Source: Spirochaetia bacterium | GTDB lineage: Bacteria > Spirochaetota > Spirochaetia > DSM-2461 | NCBI GenBank assembly: GCA_963666985.2 | Contig: CAXXIA010000001.1 | Location: 800,001 to 864,000 of the forward strand | DNA length: 64,000 nucleotides | Direction: 5' to 3' | Shown here: piece after piece, positions 1 to 8,337 of the stretch | Position numbering within the stretch: the stretch's first letter is position 1 | Layout of the letters: every line of letters starts with the position of its first letter | Translations under genes and position numbers: made by a program | The notes under the pieces: generated by a model | Told to the model about the DNA's origin: nothing | The model's database searches: none | Seen by the model: the letters and a program-made list of their open reading frames with translations, nothing else

Positions 1-507
1 CGTTGCAGATACCCTTCGTCTCATTAGATGGCGAAATAATTCTAGCTTGTTACTTGCATTCTTAGGTTCTATTGCGGAAGCTGACTCTTTGAAAGAAATG
101 CGAATTTGTTCATCTATTTCCTGGAATAGTTCATGTTTAATTTTTACAAAAGGTTCAATTTGTTTGATTTTTTCAATGACTTCCTTTTTGGCACTCGAGT
201 CAGATCCCTTTTTAATTTTATATACAAATGAAGCTTCTTGTGGAAGTTTTTCAGGAGCTGCCGAATAGACAATAATCGGACAGAAACTATGATCCCATAT
301 TTCATTATATTCATCATTACCCAGAGGTATTCCTGAATCTACAGGACCACTCATTAGGTCTAATATGATACAATCAGGGTCAAATGATTTAATTTCATCA
401 ATTTCTACGCTGAAATCTTTTACTTCAAGTTCTGTGGAGTACTCCTCAAGATCAATTCGAAGAAGTTCTGCATTATCCATGTCATCTTCGATTATTAGTA
501 TTTTCAT
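1..507 (-). CDS. Response-regulator receiver-domain protein, runs off the left edge (not in ORF track)
   Basis: Manual translation MKILIIEDDMDNAELL...PDCIILDLMSG...CPIIVYSAAP...YKIKK shows the acidic pocket, phospho-Asp, Ser and Lys positions; ATGA overlap with the stop of the upstream kinase. Confidence 0.85.
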   Translation of the reverse strand, partial: MKILIIEDDMDNAELLRIDLEEYSTELEVKDFSVEIDEIKSFDPDCIILDLMSGPVDSGIPLGNDEYNEIWDHSFCPIIVYSAAPEKLPQEASFVYKIKKGSDSSAKKEVIEKIKQIEPFVKIKHELFQEIDEQIRISFKESASAIEPKNASNKLELFRHLMRRRVSAT

Positions 508-2627
508 TTTATCAACCTCTCGGGAAAATCAAATTCAATAGAAAAGCCTCCCAACCGTCCGGGTGTAACAATTTTCACCTTACCTTCATACTCAACAACA
601 ATTTCAGAAACAACACACAATCCCATACCTATTCCACCAGGTTTTGTTGTTACCCCAGGCAACAAAATACGCGATGGATCATCTATATCTATCCCAGGCC
701 CATTATCATTAAAAATGATTCTAGTTCCTGATTTGTATTTTATTGATGTAATCGAAATCATCCTTTCATATTTTACTTTTGAAAGCCAGTAAAGTGAGTT
801 GTTAAAAAGATTGATAAATACTGTTTCAAGCTCTCCCGGATCTACATTAATAGAATTCACCTTTATGTTTGTTTTTATATCAATTTTAAGTTTTTTAATA
901 TCTCCGGCAAAATAGGTACTACAATTATTTATTATGGTTGAAATACTTGATGATCTATCGGTTCGTTTAAATGAACGATTTGCTAGTGGATTAAAAGTAT
1001 CAGCAAGTTCTTCAAGTTTCTTGACTGCGTTATCAGCAAGGAGTAAAAACTTTTTTGCCTTTTGTGGCAGTGGTATATTTTCTTCATTGAAAACAGAAAG
1101 GAGTCGACCAATAACGGAAGTTCTGTTTCTTATTTCATGAATAATATATAGTGCAATACTTCCTACTGTTGCGAGGCGACTATAATAGCTAAAGCGTTCT
1201 TGAATTTCCTCGGATGCATTATCGATATCTTCACTTAATCTCTCAATTATTGGGATAGCATCACTTATTGGTGCGTTTTCTTTTGAAAGAGATTCGATAT
1301 CATCAAGAAAAGAATCAATACGCGATTTGTTAAAAAGATCTCTGACGGCATCTTTTTTTTCGGACTGCTTTCTCTGATTTCTATAGTTTTCAAGAATTCG
1401 TACAATTGAGATAAGTAAGGAAGTAAACTCAATTGAGTATTTATTTTTTACAAGATTTTCTCTATCACTTGCATCCTTAATTCCTTTGTTAGTGTCTGCT
1501 TCAATTGATACATAGCCGACTATTTGGCTAGTACTTAATCTGGTTCCAATACTACTGACTCTTCGTAAATCAAGTCCTAGCCAATCTCTATTATTCTCGT
1601 TCTTTGGAAGTACTAAGATATCATCTCTATATAAAGAAATACCCATATACGTTCGGATGGATTCCCGAATTTTGCGTTTGCCTATACTATATTTATCTTC
1701 AATGTCTTGAATCCCTTCTTTATCAATATCCCAAGTTCGGATATCAAACTTGAAAGGACCTATTGAAGGTATATCAGAAAAAGTTCTCTTTTCTTGTAGT
1801 GGTGGGCTGGTTAAAAACTGTGTCCATGTAAAAATATCATCCTCATGTGAGTTGTGACTTTCATCTTGATAATTTTTATATTCATATGTATATGAAACCT
1901 GTTTTTCAACAGGGTTAAATTCTCCTACTATTCTGTGATTAGGATTATTAAGAAAAGCTGGAGCCTCAATCCTAGCTGGTTCTTCAAGAAGATGATTAGG
2001 CCTTTTTAGAAATATTTGAAAATTCTTTGAATCCCAGAATGGTGACACCATTCTAGATAAACTTTCAGTCAATTCTTCTATTTCAGAGGAATCCCAATTG
2101 TCAAAAAGATCATATATCTCGATACGGGTTCCTGTATCTCTTTTTGATGTTGTAAAATGTTCATGTTCAACTTTAATCTTACAGTTATTTAGTGATTTTT
2201 CCTTAAATAGATCTGGCCATCTTACTCGGATGGCGTTATTTTCATACTTGGTTTTTGTTGTTATGTATGCTTCCGAACCAAGTCGCGCCAGAGATAGTCT
2301 TCCCAGTCCCTTTTCTCCAGATACTCTTCGTGTTTTTCCATCTAACATTGTAATAGTGTTATTTAGTTTGTTCGGTGTTCCGACTACAGACCAAACATTT
2401 TTAATAACATCAAGAGTCATGCCAGATCCGTCATCCACAACACATAAGAATAGGCCGTGCTCTTTACTTGATGAAAACTCAATCTGGACATAGCTAGCAA
2501 ATGCGTCATATGCGTTTTTTGCAAGCTCGATAACTGCTACCACGCTACTTGTTACTAGATCTTTTCCTAGAGCCTCAAGAGCTCGTGGATGCATTTCTAT
2601 ATTTATTTCCTGATTCGACAAAGACAT
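504..2627 (-). CDS. MORC/MutL-like GHKL ATPase fused to a C-terminal histidine kinase
   Basis: N-terminal ELAKNAYDA, DDGSGMT, GEKGLGRLS, GTRIEI; C-terminal H-box IIHEIRN, N-box NLFNNSLYW, DNGPGI and GIGMGL; no TM segment. Confidence 0.9.
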   Translation of the reverse strand: MSLSNQEINIEMHPRALEALGKDLVTSSVVAVIELAKNAYDAFASYVQIEFSSSKEHGLFLCVVDDGSGMTLDVIKNVWSVVGTPNKLNNTITMLDGKTRRVSGEKGLGRLSLARLGSEAYITTKTKYENNAIRVRWPDLFKEKSLNNCKIKVEHEHFTTSKRDTGTRIEIYDLFDNWDSSEIEELTESLSRMVSPFWDSKNFQIFLKRPNHLLEEPARIEAPAFLNNPNHRIVGEFNPVEKQVSYTYEYKNYQDESHNSHEDDIFTWTQFLTSPPLQEKRTFSDIPSIGPFKFDIRTWDIDKEGIQDIEDKYSIGKRKIRESIRTYMGISLYRDDILVLPKNENNRDWLGLDLRRVSSIGTRLSTSQIVGYVSIEADTNKGIKDASDRENLVKNKYSIEFTSLLISIVRILENYRNQRKQSEKKDAVRDLFNKSRIDSFLDDIESLSKENAPISDAIPIIERLSEDIDNASEEIQERFSYYSRLATVGSIALYIIHEIRNRTSVIGRLLSVFNEENIPLPQKAKKFLLLADNAVKKLEELADTFNPLANRSFKRTDRSSSISTIINNCSTYFAGDIKKLKIDIKTNIKVNSINVDPGELETVFINLFNNSLYWLSKVKYERMISITSIKYKSGTRIIFNDNGPGIDIDDPSRILLPGVTTKPGGIGMGLCVVSEIVVEYEGKVKIVTPGRLGGFSIEFDFPERLIK

Positions 2628-2661
2628 AGATTCACCAATAGCCTTTAATAATTGGATTATA

Positions 2662-3081
2662 TCATGTATTCATATTATGATGATCAAGGAATTGCATAAC
2701 CTTTTGAACGCATGATTCAATATCATTTTCAATTTCGTGTTCCCAGAAACGGAGTACTTTCCACCCCAAAGCTTGTAGTTCTTTGTTTATTTCTTTGTCG
2801 TGTTCGATGTTCCTTTCAATTTTTTTGACCCAGAAATCACGATTCTGTTTCAGGTCCGATTGTCTTTCTTCCCATTGATAGCCATGCCAGAAATGAGAAT
2901 CACAAAATATAGCAATTCTTTGTTTAAGAAGGACATAATCTGGTTTCCCTGGGAGTTTTTTATATTGTTTTCTGTATCGTAGTCCTGCTTTCCACAATGC
3001 TTTCCCCAGTGCCCGTTCGATTCTTGATCCAGATGCCTTCACAGCTCTCATGTTATTTCGAATATGCTGACGATCTCTCAT
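2662..3081 (-). CDS. vsr: Very-short-patch repair endonuclease (Vsr family)
   Basis: RNNMRAVKASGS, LPGKPD, FCDSHFWHG, FWVKKIERN, GWKVLRFWEHE motifs. Confidence 0.93.
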   Translation of the reverse strand: MRDRQHIRNNMRAVKASGSRIERALGKALWKAGLRYRKQYKKLPGKPDYVLLKQRIAIFCDSHFWHGYQWEERQSDLKQNRDFWVKKIERNIEHDKEINKELQALGWKVLRFWEHEIENDIESCVQKVMQFLDHHNMNT

Positions 3082-3269
3082 AACACTGTTGTATATCGGT
3101 CAATTGATTATAATATCTCACAATTCTAATCGAGATATTTAAAATACAGCCATTAAACTTAACACTACTATCATAATTTAAGGACTTTACCCGTCTTCTC
3201 AAGAATTCCATGTCATTTCGAAAGTCATTAACCATTGTTCAGCCGCCGTATAAAACCAAAGATCTAATA

Positions 3270-3674
3270 TTATTTTCTTACAAACTTTAGCTTTATACTC
3301 CCCTCACCAGTTATCTTCCCGCCGGTTCCAAGGAACGATATGCTTCCTTCCGCCCCAATGACCAAGTTCATCTCAATTTCATCTACCTTGAAGCGTGTTT
3401 CATTAGTTTCGGTTTTCAGTAATACCTTTTGCATGTGATGAGTGAATAGCTCAAATTCATTTTCAAGAGTTGTTGGTGAGAACTTTTGGACATGACCACG
3501 CTGACCTGGTTTAAGCCTCCCAGTAAAATCAAAATTCTTCAGTTGGTCTGTTTCAAAACCTTCTTGAGGACCGACGAGAGTGTGTACATGATAGTCCTTT
3601 AACTTAGCATCAATGGGGGAGTCGGTAGTAGCCTCATCGACTAACACACTGAATTGATATTCTTCTTCAGCCAT
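3270..3674 (-). CDS. Small protein with Pepco/Trypco-like C-terminal domain (peptidase co-occurring conflict-system adaptor)
   Basis: C-terminal FKVDEIEMNLVIGAEGSISFLGTGGKITGEGSIKLKFVRK pattern recalled for these families; GGAGG RBS. Confidence 0.6.
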   Translation of the reverse strand: MAEEEYQFSVLVDEATTDSPIDAKLKDYHVHTLVGPQEGFETDQLKNFDFTGRLKPGQRGHVQKFSPTTLENEFELFTHHMQKVLLKTETNETRFKVDEIEMNLVIGAEGSISFLGTGGKITGEGSIKLKFVRK

Positions 3675-3685
3675 GGAATCCTCCG

Positions 3686-3903
3686 TTACTCATCTTCCTT
3701 TTCCTCCGTCTCCGACCTTGCTCTTTCCTTGAAGCGTTCGTGGTCTTCAGCAAGATCACCAGCCATTGCACGGCCGCCATACTCCACCAGTGCACTGATG
3801 GCCTCGCCAACGGGGTGACACCGGTCTCAGACTTGTATCCCTCAATGTAGAGTAGGGCGGTCTCGGAGAAGCCTATCCGTTCAAGCCTTCTACAGATATT
3901 CAT
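3686..3903 (-). pseudogene. Possible frameshifted small ribbon-helix-helix-like regulator
   Basis: MNICRRLERIGFSETALLYIEGYKSETGVT continues in another frame as VGEAISALVEYGGRAMAGDL...KEDE*; break at the G4 run 3812-3815. Confidence 0.35.
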
Positions 3904-4002
3904 TCCCTATAAGGATACATTCGCTTATCTTATAATTCCAGAAAAGATTTTCTGAATAGAACCAGAACGCATCAACAGCTGTTATGTATAATTACAGATC
4001 TA

Positions 4003-4668
4003 TCATGACTTAATTCTCTTTATTACTTCTTTTACCATTTCTGAAGAAAAGTTACTAATTAATGTATCGAAAGTTTTATACCCATGACGACAACTAGGAT
4101 GATGGTAATCAATTACTAAACGTTTATCAGATAGAAATATCCATGTATCAATTCTCTCTGAGTTGTAGAAAAAATCAAATGATTTGTTTGTTTCTCCACA
4201 AAAAGTTATTTGAGGAGCAGTTAAATCTATTTGTCTTTTTATGAAATCACAATCATTTCTTGCAAATTCAAATATTTCAGAATCATCAGAAATTGATTTG
4301 TTTTCTATTTTCTTTTTTATATTAATATAGGCTATAGATATTACTGGTTTTTCTTTAGCAATCATAGCATCATATTTAGTTATCTCTTCTTCATTCCAAG
4401 CCTTATATGCAATATAGTACCATCCGGAAATTAATCTCCAAAAGGTATTACTATTACCACTTGGCCCATAACCATCAGATCCCTTTTTTATGGGAGCAAT
4501 TTGTTCAAAATCATCATTACTTTCCTTTAATAAGAATAAAATATTTGGAGTACTTTCGGTGTAGGATATTTCATCTAATATACCATCCATAACAAATCGT
4601 TTGTATTCGGGTCGGTTCGCCTTCCATTCTTCAAGTAGTTCTTTTTGACTTTCCATAATTGACGACAT
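4003..4668 (-). CDS. Uracil-DNA-glycosylase-superfamily-like protein
   Basis: ILFLLKESN, AYINIKK, QIDLTAPQITFCG and YHHPS occur in the spacing of UDG-fold motifs. Confidence 0.6.
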   Translation of the reverse strand: MSSIMESQKELLEEWKANRPEYKRFVMDGILDEISYTESTPNILFLLKESNDDFEQIAPIKKGSDGYGPSGNSNTFWRLISGWYYIAYKAWNEEEITKYDAMIAKEKPVISIAYINIKKKIENKSISDDSEIFEFARNDCDFIKRQIDLTAPQITFCGETNKSFDFFYNSERIDTWIFLSDKRLVIDYHHPSCRHGYKTFDTLISNFSSEMVKEVIKRIKS

Positions 4669-4693
4669 TTTTCGCCACTCCTTCCTGAGTACT

Positions 4694-5737
4694 TCAATTT
4701 GTTGCAGATTTTCTTAATATTTCAACGATTCCTACCTTTATATAGTTCTGTAGTTGTTCAATATTTCCGCTGTCTATTGCATAATCAATATCAGATTGAG
4801 TAGTTTCTGGGTTCAGAATCTTAAACTGCTTGATTTGTTCCTCATTAAAATCATCAGCTTTGTGATATGCTTCAAGTATTTTTATGAAGAACAATCGGCT
4901 GCCAACGAGATGAAAAAAACCGCCATAGTCTCTAACCTTTGCAGGTGTGGTTACACCATTTGTTCGATTTTCAATAGACAACAAGGAGTAGGTGACTGTT
5001 CCTTCGACTTTTACCCCTAGAAACTTTATTTTAAATGGGATTCCCGTATTGAACCTTTCATTGTAGGACTGATTACCGTAATCAAGCTCATCAGTTTTGC
5101 CAACGAGAACTTTACTCGGACTATGCACATAGGGGAATGCTCCGTAGTGCTCATTGATATAACTAAGGTCGATCACAGCGTCTTGGCCTATAAGACTTAC
5201 TAATTCGGGAAGTGTATACTTTCCAATAACGACACCATTATTGAAGAATATGAGCTCATTGCTGGTACTCTGGAACGCTACTGAGTCTTTTATCCATTCG
5301 AAGGTATTATTGATAGAACTTGCTTTTTTTGTACCTTTAATACCAACGGAGATAATTTCTCCGTCTTTTCCAACAGCGACCCATTCGTCGATGGGTTTGT
5401 CGAAATCATATTTTGTTTCTAGGTCATCAGAAAAAGAATCGTGTATATTATTTGTCGCGAAGAAGGCTCCAACAACAAAGACCGCAAAAACGGCAATTGG
5501 GCCAGAAAGCGTTCCAAGCTTTGTTGCAAATGTTGAATCATTTACTCGATATCCAAAACCGTTGACCAGTAGAATGGTAATAGCGAGGGAAATAGTTACA
5601 CTTGTAAGTGAAATAAAAACCTTGTTGTGAGTAGATATCCAGATGAAAATTAAGATACCAGTGATTACGGTAAAAGTCCCAACGATTATCCAAACCCCTC
5701 TTTTTTTCAAATCTGCAAAGATAGGGTTGTCACTCAT
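4694..5737 (-). CDS. Membrane protein, three N-terminal TM helices plus soluble domain, function unknown
   Basis: 347-aa ORF with three hydrophobic stretches in the first 95 aa; AT-rich cargo. Confidence 0.7.
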   Translation of the reverse strand: MSDNPIFADLKKRGVWIIVGTFTVITGILIFIWISTHNKVFISLTSVTISLAITILLVNGFGYRVNDSTFATKLGTLSGPIAVFAVFVVGAFFATNNIHDSFSDDLETKYDFDKPIDEWVAVGKDGEIISVGIKGTKKASSINNTFEWIKDSVAFQSTSNELIFFNNGVVIGKYTLPELVSLIGQDAVIDLSYINEHYGAFPYVHSPSKVLVGKTDELDYGNQSYNERFNTGIPFKIKFLGVKVEGTVTYSLLSIENRTNGVTTPAKVRDYGGFFHLVGSRLFFIKILEAYHKADDFNEEQIKQFKILNPETTQSDIDYAIDSGNIEQLQNYIKVGIVEILRKSATN

Positions 5738-6065
5738 TTAATGCCCCCAGCGTTTCTGCTCTCTGATCTTGTGGATATTATTCAATTAATGATATATATC
5801 CTGAATATATGTACACCGAAGCGGTAGTAGTCTTAACTAGTTGATATTCTTCAGCTTACATTTCTGTTGATCAAGATAATGAGAGCAGCCATGAGAAATT
5901 TTCAATAGCGTACTTTCACCTGCTTTAGAATGCAATAAAAATATACATTTAGTCTTCTAATATGTATTCGTAATGCAGCATTATATCAGCTCTTTCTATC
6001 ACTATATTAGAAAATATTTAAAGATTAACCCGTATTAAGAACGATAAGATAGTAGGAGATGTCTA

Positions 6066-6404
6066 TTATCCGACATTCATGTTTGGTTTTTCAGATTCGT
6101 CGACCCATGCGGTAGCGATTTTAAGAAGATCATCAATCCGATTATCAGGAAGTTCTGCGGCAATCACGACGAGGTCCTTAAGCCTTTCAGGTACGAACGT
6201 GTCATCATGTTTCCCAGTGACAAGATATTCAACACTGGTGTGAAGAATCTGAGCGATTAATACGGCTTGATCAGCATTTGGCATTATCTTTCGTGAGATC
6301 CAACCCCTAAAAGTTCTATAACTCACGTCTATTTGATTCGCTACCCATTCTTGGGTTGTGTTTTCTTCTTTGATTTTATTTTTGAGCCTTTCCCAAAATG
6401 TCAT
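6066..6404 (-). CDS. XRE-family HTH prophage repressor (no S24 peptidase domain)
   Basis: TQEWVANQIDVSYRTFRGWISRKIMPNADQAVLIAQILHTSVEYLVTG; divergent from the early operon. Confidence 0.85.
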   Translation of the reverse strand: MTFWERLKNKIKEENTTQEWVANQIDVSYRTFRGWISRKIMPNADQAVLIAQILHTSVEYLVTGKHDDTFVPERLKDLVVIAAELPDNRIDDLLKIATAWVDESEKPNMNVG

Positions 6405-6426
6405 ACATCCATTATCGACTAAAAAA

Positions 6427-6508
6427 GACGCAGAAACGCGACAAAAATGCTTGACAAGTGCGCATAAATGGCCATATATACAAATGTATGACGCAGAAGT
6501 GCGACAAA
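6427..6508. promoter_or_regulatory. Immunity switch: repeated operators around a rightward promoter
   Basis: GACGCAGAAACGCGACAAA (6427-6445) and GACGCAGAAGTGCGACAAA (6490-6508), degenerate middle copy near 6459-6475, TTGACA at 6451-6456. Confidence 0.7.
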
Positions 6509-6517
6509 GAGAGGCCT

Positions 6518-6724
6518 ATGGTCAAGATCAAGGAATACCTGATTCAGAAACAGGGACAGAGGGGGCGGGTACTAACTCTTCCCAAGGTGTGGATTGATGA
6601 CAATGATCTCGAGTTCGGTGACTCTATCGAATACTACCGTGGAGAGATCGCTGAGCTTGAAGGGCGTGATGTTCTGGTACTTGCGGCCAAGAAAACAGGC
6701 CCGAACGATGAGGTCCCAGCATGA
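6518..6724 (+). CDS. AbrB/MazE/SpoVT-like DNA-binding protein in the Cro position
   Basis: MVKIKEYLIQKQGQRGRVLTLPKVWIDDNDLEFGDSIEYY swapped-hairpin pattern; GAGG RBS before ATG 6518. Confidence 0.7.
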   Translation: MVKIKEYLIQKQGQRGRVLTLPKVWIDDNDLEFGDSIEYYRGEIAELEGRDVLVLAAKKTGPNDEVPA

Positions 6725-6811
6725 TCACCCGCCAGCAGAAAAAAATTGAATTATTTCAATTCATAACTTCACAGTGCTTCGGATACCAATTACCCGAAAG
6801 GGAAAACTAGT

Positions 6812-7573
6812 ATGAGAACAATACCTCAAGTTTTTAATTTTCGTGGATCGGATATTCGGGAGGTTACGGATGAATATGGTGAGCCGTGGTTTGTAGCTAA
6901 GGATGTAACCGATATCCTCGAAATGTCGAATGGTAGAGAAGCCGTTCGTCAGCTAGATATAGATGAAAAAAGAACCGTCAGAATTACTGACGGTGGTCCC
7001 GAAAGGGCAATCATCAATGAATCCGGCCTGTATTCGCTTATTCTTCGGAGCCGGAAACCAGAAGCCAAAGCATTCAAAAAATGGATCACCTCTGAAGTTC
7101 TACCTTCGATTCGTAAGACGGGGAAGTATTCGACTAATATCCAACCTGTAGGCAGTGAAATTGAGATGGAACGGCAGACTCTTGAGGTGATTGCCTGGCA
7201 TCGGCAGAAAATGGGACTTCTTGAGGCCGAGAATGCATCCTTGAGGATTCGCGCCAACGTTGCGGATACCATCGCTGGGTCGAAAGGGTTGATCCTTCTT
7301 TCCGACGCTGGAAAGCAAATCTGTGGCCATCCCATCAAGTTCATCCAATGGGCCGAGGAATCCGGCATTCTTTTCCGCCGGAAGGGGGGCGATCCCCTTT
7401 TGCCGAAAGCCGAGTACGACAAGAAGTATTTCCAGGTCAATTCAAAGTCAGTCGACGGGTATCTGCGTGAACAGGTCTATCTCACGCCGCTTGGGCTGAC
7501 ATGGATCACGGCTCGATACAACCGGGACCACAGCCTTCTCAGTCTCGATTACACAGGAGGTGATGCCGCATGA
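6812..7573 (+). CDS. Phage antirepressor (BRO-N plus ANT/KilAC-like domain)
   Basis: GEPWFVAKDV, INESGLYSLILRSRKPEAKAFKKWITSEVLPSIRKTGKY; C-terminal QVYLTPLGLTWI. Confidence 0.9.
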   Translation: MRTIPQVFNFRGSDIREVTDEYGEPWFVAKDVTDILEMSNGREAVRQLDIDEKRTVRITDGGPERAIINESGLYSLILRSRKPEAKAFKKWITSEVLPSIRKTGKYSTNIQPVGSEIEMERQTLEVIAWHRQKMGLLEAENASLRIRANVADTIAGSKGLILLSDAGKQICGHPIKFIQWAEESGILFRRKGGDPLLPKAEYDKKYFQVNSKSVDGYLREQVYLTPLGLTWITARYNRDHSLLSLDYTGGDAA

Positions 7574-7743
7574 TTTTTCTCCATATCGACCAAGCCGCCG
7601 ATATTTTTCTGGCTCATCAGGGGAATAAAAAAGCGCAAGGAATTATCACCATCCGGGAGGCGGAACACTTTGTCCCGGCACAAACCTTCGAGCGATTCCT
7701 GGCGATCAATCAGATTCAAATCTACGGGGAGACACAGAGATGA
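7570..7743 (+). CDS. Small hypothetical phage protein (57 aa, not in ORF track)
   Basis: MIFLHIDQAADIFL...YGETQR*; ATGA overlaps at both ends, GGAGG RBS. Confidence 0.6.
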   Translation: MIFLHIDQAADIFLAHQGNKKAQGIITIREAEHFVPAQTFERFLAINQIQIYGETQR

Positions 7744-8114
7744 GGGGGGAGGAAGTAGTCGGCAGAATGGCGGCCCTGGTCGATATTTCTGAGAAGCGGA
7801 TTGAAAAGACTGAAAGGATTCATGAGGCGATCAGTGAAGATGTTCTTCGGCTGCAGCAAAACGCCCGAGAGATGGATGACCTCCGGGGCGTAGTCGGGGA
7901 TCTGGTCGATATCGTAGCCAAATCACGAAATACCGACTGGGTCGGTGTTGGAAAACTTGCCTCCATACTCGAGGTCGATGAACAGACCATCCGTCGATGG
8001 TTTCGAGAGGGAGTTATTCCCGGATATCGGATCACCGAGAACGGCCATATCCGTTTTGACTTACGCGAGGTAGATCAAGCTATCAAGGCCAGAGGTAAGG
8101 TTACATATGGATGA
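7740..8114 (+). CDS. Coiled-coil plus excisionase/MerR-type winged HTH protein
   Basis: WVGVGKLASILEVDEQTIRRWFREGVIPGYRITENGHIRFDLREV. Confidence 0.75.
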   Translation: MRGEEVVGRMAALVDISEKRIEKTERIHEAISEDVLRLQQNAREMDDLRGVVGDLVDIVAKSRNTDWVGVGKLASILEVDEQTIRRWFREGVIPGYRITENGHIRFDLREVDQAIKARGKVTYG

Positions 8115-8337
8115 AAACACCGATGTCCCAAGAATGGTCCGCCAAGGGATGGTCGGTTCCGTTATGGGACTTGCCGAATCCCTATCGGTAAAATCCCTTG
8201 TTTTAGTAGACAACCGGCCGCCGAAAGCGGCGCCGGATGAACGATAGAAAGAAACACACACACCAACACTCGGGATGTAGGAAATCTTCACGGTCAACTG
8301 GGAGGACGGGTGAGGTGTGCCTCAAGGAGAAGAGCAA

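Noticed and set aside
1..6065. Left attachment site (duplicate of ssrA 3' end)
   Set aside because: No copy of TGGAGGTGGGGGGAATCGAACC found by eye; the boundary is presumably outside the window.
6518..6724. MazE-type antitoxin of a toxin-antitoxin pair
   Set aside because: No toxin gene follows; the next gene is the antirepressor and the position matches Cro.
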